IMG/VR virus record: IMGVR_UViG_3300012862_000048
Span: 1 to 28,879 of that record
Reading direction: 5' to 3' (one strand)
Source of the DNA: a virus
Taxonomy: Duplodnaviria; Caudoviricetes
Length of the DNA stretch: 28,879 nucleotides
The position numbers were made by a program, and so were the translations under genes. Numbering within the stretch: the stretch's first letter is position 1; every line of letters begins with the position of its first letter. Below the pieces are notes generated by a model. It did not search any database. It worked only from the letters and a program-made list of their open reading frames with translations, and had not been told where the DNA came from. Shown here one piece after another: positions 26,603 to 28,879 of this stretch.

Positions 26603-26803
26603 ATGAATGGGCAAGTGCTTTCGCGCGATGAAGTCGAAGAGATCACTCGAACTCCTATCAGGGTGCGGCAGTTGGCCTTCTTCACGCAGAATCGGATCCC
26701 TCATTACATCAACGAGTACAACCGGGTGATCGTGCTGCGTAAGGCCGTGGGAGCGCCAGAGAGGCCTGACGCGCCTAGGCCCGTGTGGCGTTCTAACAAG
26801 TAG
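26603..26803 (+). CDS. DUF4224-family excisionase-like protein
   Basis: LSRDEVEEIT......QLAFFTQNRIPHYINEYNRVIVLR. Confidence 0.75.
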   Translation: MNGQVLSRDEVEEITRTPIRVRQLAFFTQNRIPHYINEYNRVIVLRKAVGAPERPDAPRPVWRSNK

Positions 26804-26810
26804 GTTTGAA

Positions 26811-27035
26811 ATGTCTGAAAAGCTCTGCCTGACCAAGGACGAGATCAAGGCGCTGACGCGTACACCTCTAAAGGCGCGACAGCTCCAGTTCCTTCGCCAG
26901 AACGGCATCCGCCACTACATCGATGGGTACGGGTGGCCGGTGGTCCTGCGGGCCGCAGTGGGCATCGACGAGCCGGCGCCGGCTGTCAAAGCCGTCCCGT
27001 GGCGATCCAACAAGCTCGGGCCACTTCCTGGCTGA
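26811..27035 (+). CDS. DUF4224-family excisionase-like protein (divergent tandem paralogue)
   Basis: LTKDEIKALT......QLQFLRQNGIRHYIDGYGWPVVLR; shares TRTP and WRSNK with the upstream copy. Confidence 0.78.
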   Translation: MSEKLCLTKDEIKALTRTPLKARQLQFLRQNGIRHYIDGYGWPVVLRAAVGIDEPAPAVKAVPWRSNKLGPLPG

Positions 27036-27139
27036 TCGGCCAAGCAAACGAATTTCAAACCCATAACACGATAGGGAGGGGCATCAGCCTCTCCTCTATG
27101 CCGGCGCAATGCCGGCTCCCTACTGACTAGGAGCCTATC

Positions 27140-27235
27140 GTGTTCATCGAACGATCCAATTCCCCCCTCGAGTACCTGGCCGCCTTCGCGGTCGTCTTCA
27201 TGGCAGGCGTTCTGGCAAGCAGTCGCTCGACCTGA
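27140..27235 (+). CDS. 31-aa hydrophobic peptide, candidate type I toxin (below the ORF-track size cutoff)
   Basis: AGGAG RBS plus GTG; MFIERSNSPLEYLAAFAVVFMAGVLASSRST*; SD lies in a hairpin; terminator directly after. Confidence 0.55.
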   Translation: MFIERSNSPLEYLAAFAVVFMAGVLASSRST

Positions 27236-27241
27236 CGATCA

Positions 27242-27275
27242 GCCGGGGCGCATTTTTTGGCCCCGGCCACTTTTT
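27242..27275 (+). terminator. Intrinsic terminator
   Basis: GCCGGGGC-10 nt-GCCCCGGC then CACTTTTT. Confidence 0.65.
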
Positions 27276-27329
27276 AACTAGTTCCTCCCCTCTGAAAAGT
27301 TAGATCCCGGCTGAATTTTGGGTCAAATA

Positions 27330-27362
27330 AATCAATGGCTTACGCACTGTATTTTTCTACAG
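27330..27362. promoter_or_regulatory. IHF consensus (27330-27342) and E. coli-type SOS box (27347-27362)
   Basis: AATCAATGGCTTA matches WATCAANNNNTTR; CTGTATTTTTCTACAG matches CTGT-N8-ACAG. Confidence 0.5.
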
Positions 27363-27433
27363 GGGGCTAAATGGATGGTTCTGCCAGCGCTTGGTTCGTA
27401 GGCTCGTCCACACACCACAGACGGCCAGGCGTC

Positions 27434-27664
27434 ATGCAGAACAACTCACCAAAACCACTCCGAATGCTCCGTCGGGCAGAAGTCCAGGCTCGCTTGGGCA
27501 TCGCACGATCCACGCTGTACGGCTACCTCAACAAGCGCTCGCCGAGCTACCTGCCGTCCTTCCCGAAGCCGCTTCGCTTGGGAGCGTCAGTCCTGTTCCT
27601 TGAACATGAAGTTGATGACTTCGTTGTGGGCCTGATTCAGGCCAGGGAGGTGGGGCGCCGCTAG
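27434..27664 (+). CDS. alpA: AlpA-family regulator/excisionase
   Basis: MLRRAEVQARLGIARSTLYGYLNKRSPSYLPSFPKPLRLGASVLFLEHEV. Confidence 0.9.
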   Translation: MQNNSPKPLRMLRRAEVQARLGIARSTLYGYLNKRSPSYLPSFPKPLRLGASVLFLEHEVDDFVVGLIQAREVGRR

Positions 27665-27799
27665 CCCTAAATTTCCTAGATCGACGCCGATCTTAGCCCC
27701 CTGCATGGGCTGGAAACGGCACGTGTGCTGGGCATCTTCTTACATTGGCTCAGTAGGAATAAACACTGTTACTCCTGACCTCCAGTAGGAGGGATGGGG

Positions 27800-28879
27800 A
27801 TGGCAACGACAATGAAAACACCATTGAAGAACAACAGCAGTTTCATGCGCGAACGCGCTTACGTTTGGGGTGAAGACGGCACCCTCTTCATCACCCACCA
27901 GTTGAACGCAGTCTTAGAGGTCAAGCGTATTGTCGAGATGATGGGTAAGCTAATGGCAAGCCGTAAGGCGCCGTTCGGAGTCATGACGAAGCACGGCCGC
28001 GAGTGGGTTGAAAAGACCGAGCTGGGCGATTCCATCCTGCTCTGCCTCAAGTCCGGTCTCCGGGAAATTGATGAGCACTTCCCCGCTCACCGCCATAGCC
28101 CGCTCTTTACCCTGTTCAAGCGTTTCCTCGGTCCGTTCATGTTTCTGGGAGGCAAGGCTTGGCCGGAGGACGTCCCGCGCCTCAATGCTGCGGTAGCGAA
28201 GATCCGGGCCTTCGCAAAGGGGGAGGCCTTAGGCCGCCGTCTGGGCAACCTGAAGCGGGCGGAGCGCGAGAACGCTAAGTCTTGCAAACGACTGCTCAAG
28301 GCGCTGCGGGCACGCTACTCCAAGCTGCTGGTGGTTCGCCTGGACCTGGAATACTTCTCGAACTTCTGTCCAGGGAGTGGCTTCAGGGGGCAGGCAATGA
28401 CCTTGAAGGACGCGCAGACCCATCGTGATCGCTTTCTAGACCATCTCCGCAAGGGGGCGTATGCCGAACACCTCGCAGGTTACATGTGGAAGATGGAATA
28501 CGGCTTGGAGAAAGGCCACCACTTCCACATGGCTATCTTCTTCGACGGGCAGCGTGTGTCTCGCGACATCGTCCTCGGGGACTTGCTGGGCCGCTATTGG
28601 CAGGAGAAGGTAACCGCCTCCAAAGGCATGTTCTTCAACTGCAACAAGAAGAAGGACGCCTATGATCGTTGCGGCATTGGCATGGTTAATCGCGGGGACG
28701 ACGAGAAGTGGGTGTGCCTGGAAGACGCGCTGCGCTACTTGACGAAGGTTGATCTGTACCTGCGCTTCCGACCCGAAGGTCGCGCGCGCACGTTCGGGTT
28801 GGGCGGTCCGTACGGTGGGATCAAGGCTGGTCCGGCCCTCGCGCCCTCTTTGGGGCTGGAAACTAGGGCTTCCGCCTAG
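27800..28879 (+). CDS. YagK/YfjJ (inovirus Gp2-like) protein, HUH-like
   Basis: YSKLLVVRLDL, GYMWKMEYG..KGHHFH.AIFFDG and YLTK motifs; AGGAGG spaced for the ATG at 27800; follows alpA. Confidence 0.82.
   Translation: MATTMKTPLKNNSSFMRERAYVWGEDGTLFITHQLNAVLEVKRIVEMMGKLMASRKAPFGVMTKHGREWVEKTELGDSILLCLKSGLREIDEHFPAHRHSPLFTLFKRFLGPFMFLGGKAWPEDVPRLNAAVAKIRAFAKGEALGRRLGNLKRAERENAKSCKRLLKALRARYSKLLVVRLDLEYFSNFCPGSGFRGQAMTLKDAQTHRDRFLDHLRKGAYAEHLAGYMWKMEYGLEKGHHFHMAIFFDGQRVSRDIVLGDLLGRYWQEKVTASKGMFFNCNKKKDAYDRCGIGMVNRGDDEKWVCLEDALRYLTKVDLYLRFRPEGRARTFGLGGPYGGIKAGPALAPSLGLETRASA

Larger units (their letters stand above)
2720..28879. mobile_element. tRNA-Ile2-integrated genomic island: phage-satellite-like element plus cargo, possibly composite; right end not in window
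   Basis: P4-type integrase right after the tRNA 3' end; AlpA, antirepressor, rep/ori, ejection genes and defence-like cargo; no duplicate of the tRNA 3' end found by eye. Confidence 0.85.

Noticed and set aside
26531-26908. N-terminal extension of ORF 26165..26908
   Set aside because: Overlaps two plus-strand DUF4224 genes; a good RBS supports the ATG at 26530.
2720-28879. Complete prophage
   Set aside because: No capsid, portal, large terminase, tail, lysis or CI/Cro genes recognisable in the window.
2700-28879. attR duplicate of the tRNA 3' end
   Set aside because: Only short CCCACCA matches inside genes were seen by eye; an exact-match search is needed and the boundary is unresolved.

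Overview
High-GC gammaproteobacterial chromosome segment, most likely Stenotrophomonas/Xanthomonadaceae (inferred from a GTAG-type REP and gene style). The first 2.7 kb is host backbone: the 3' end of rpoD, a YjjJ/HipA-family kinase, a small ORF behind a C4-like RNA leader, and tRNA-Ile2(CAT). From 2720 an integrated element runs to the end of the window, and I found no attR by eye. Its left part looks like a phage satellite: P4-type integrase, two AlpA genes, an antirepressor, an HNH nuclease, and a wHTH initiator followed by an iteron/DnaA-box origin. A terminator-gated operon follows, encoding a 2OG-Fe(II) oxygenase, a GNAT and three P22 gp7/gp20/gp16-like DNA-ejection proteins. No capsid, portal, large terminase, tail or lysis genes are visible. 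Next come two convergent envelope proteins (candidate exclusion factors), a possible packaging module, and a lower-GC defence-like cargo block (nucleotidyltransferase plus partner, DUF4238, frameshifted Mrr-like nuclease, extra dTMP kinase). A 3-kb cluster of six to seven excisionase-like genes from different families, with no adjacent integrase, precedes a final AlpA + YagK/inovirus-Gp2-like module. The two best candidates for new biology are the ejection-protein-only satellite and the orphan excisionase cluster. All family assignments come from motif recognition by eye, not database searches.
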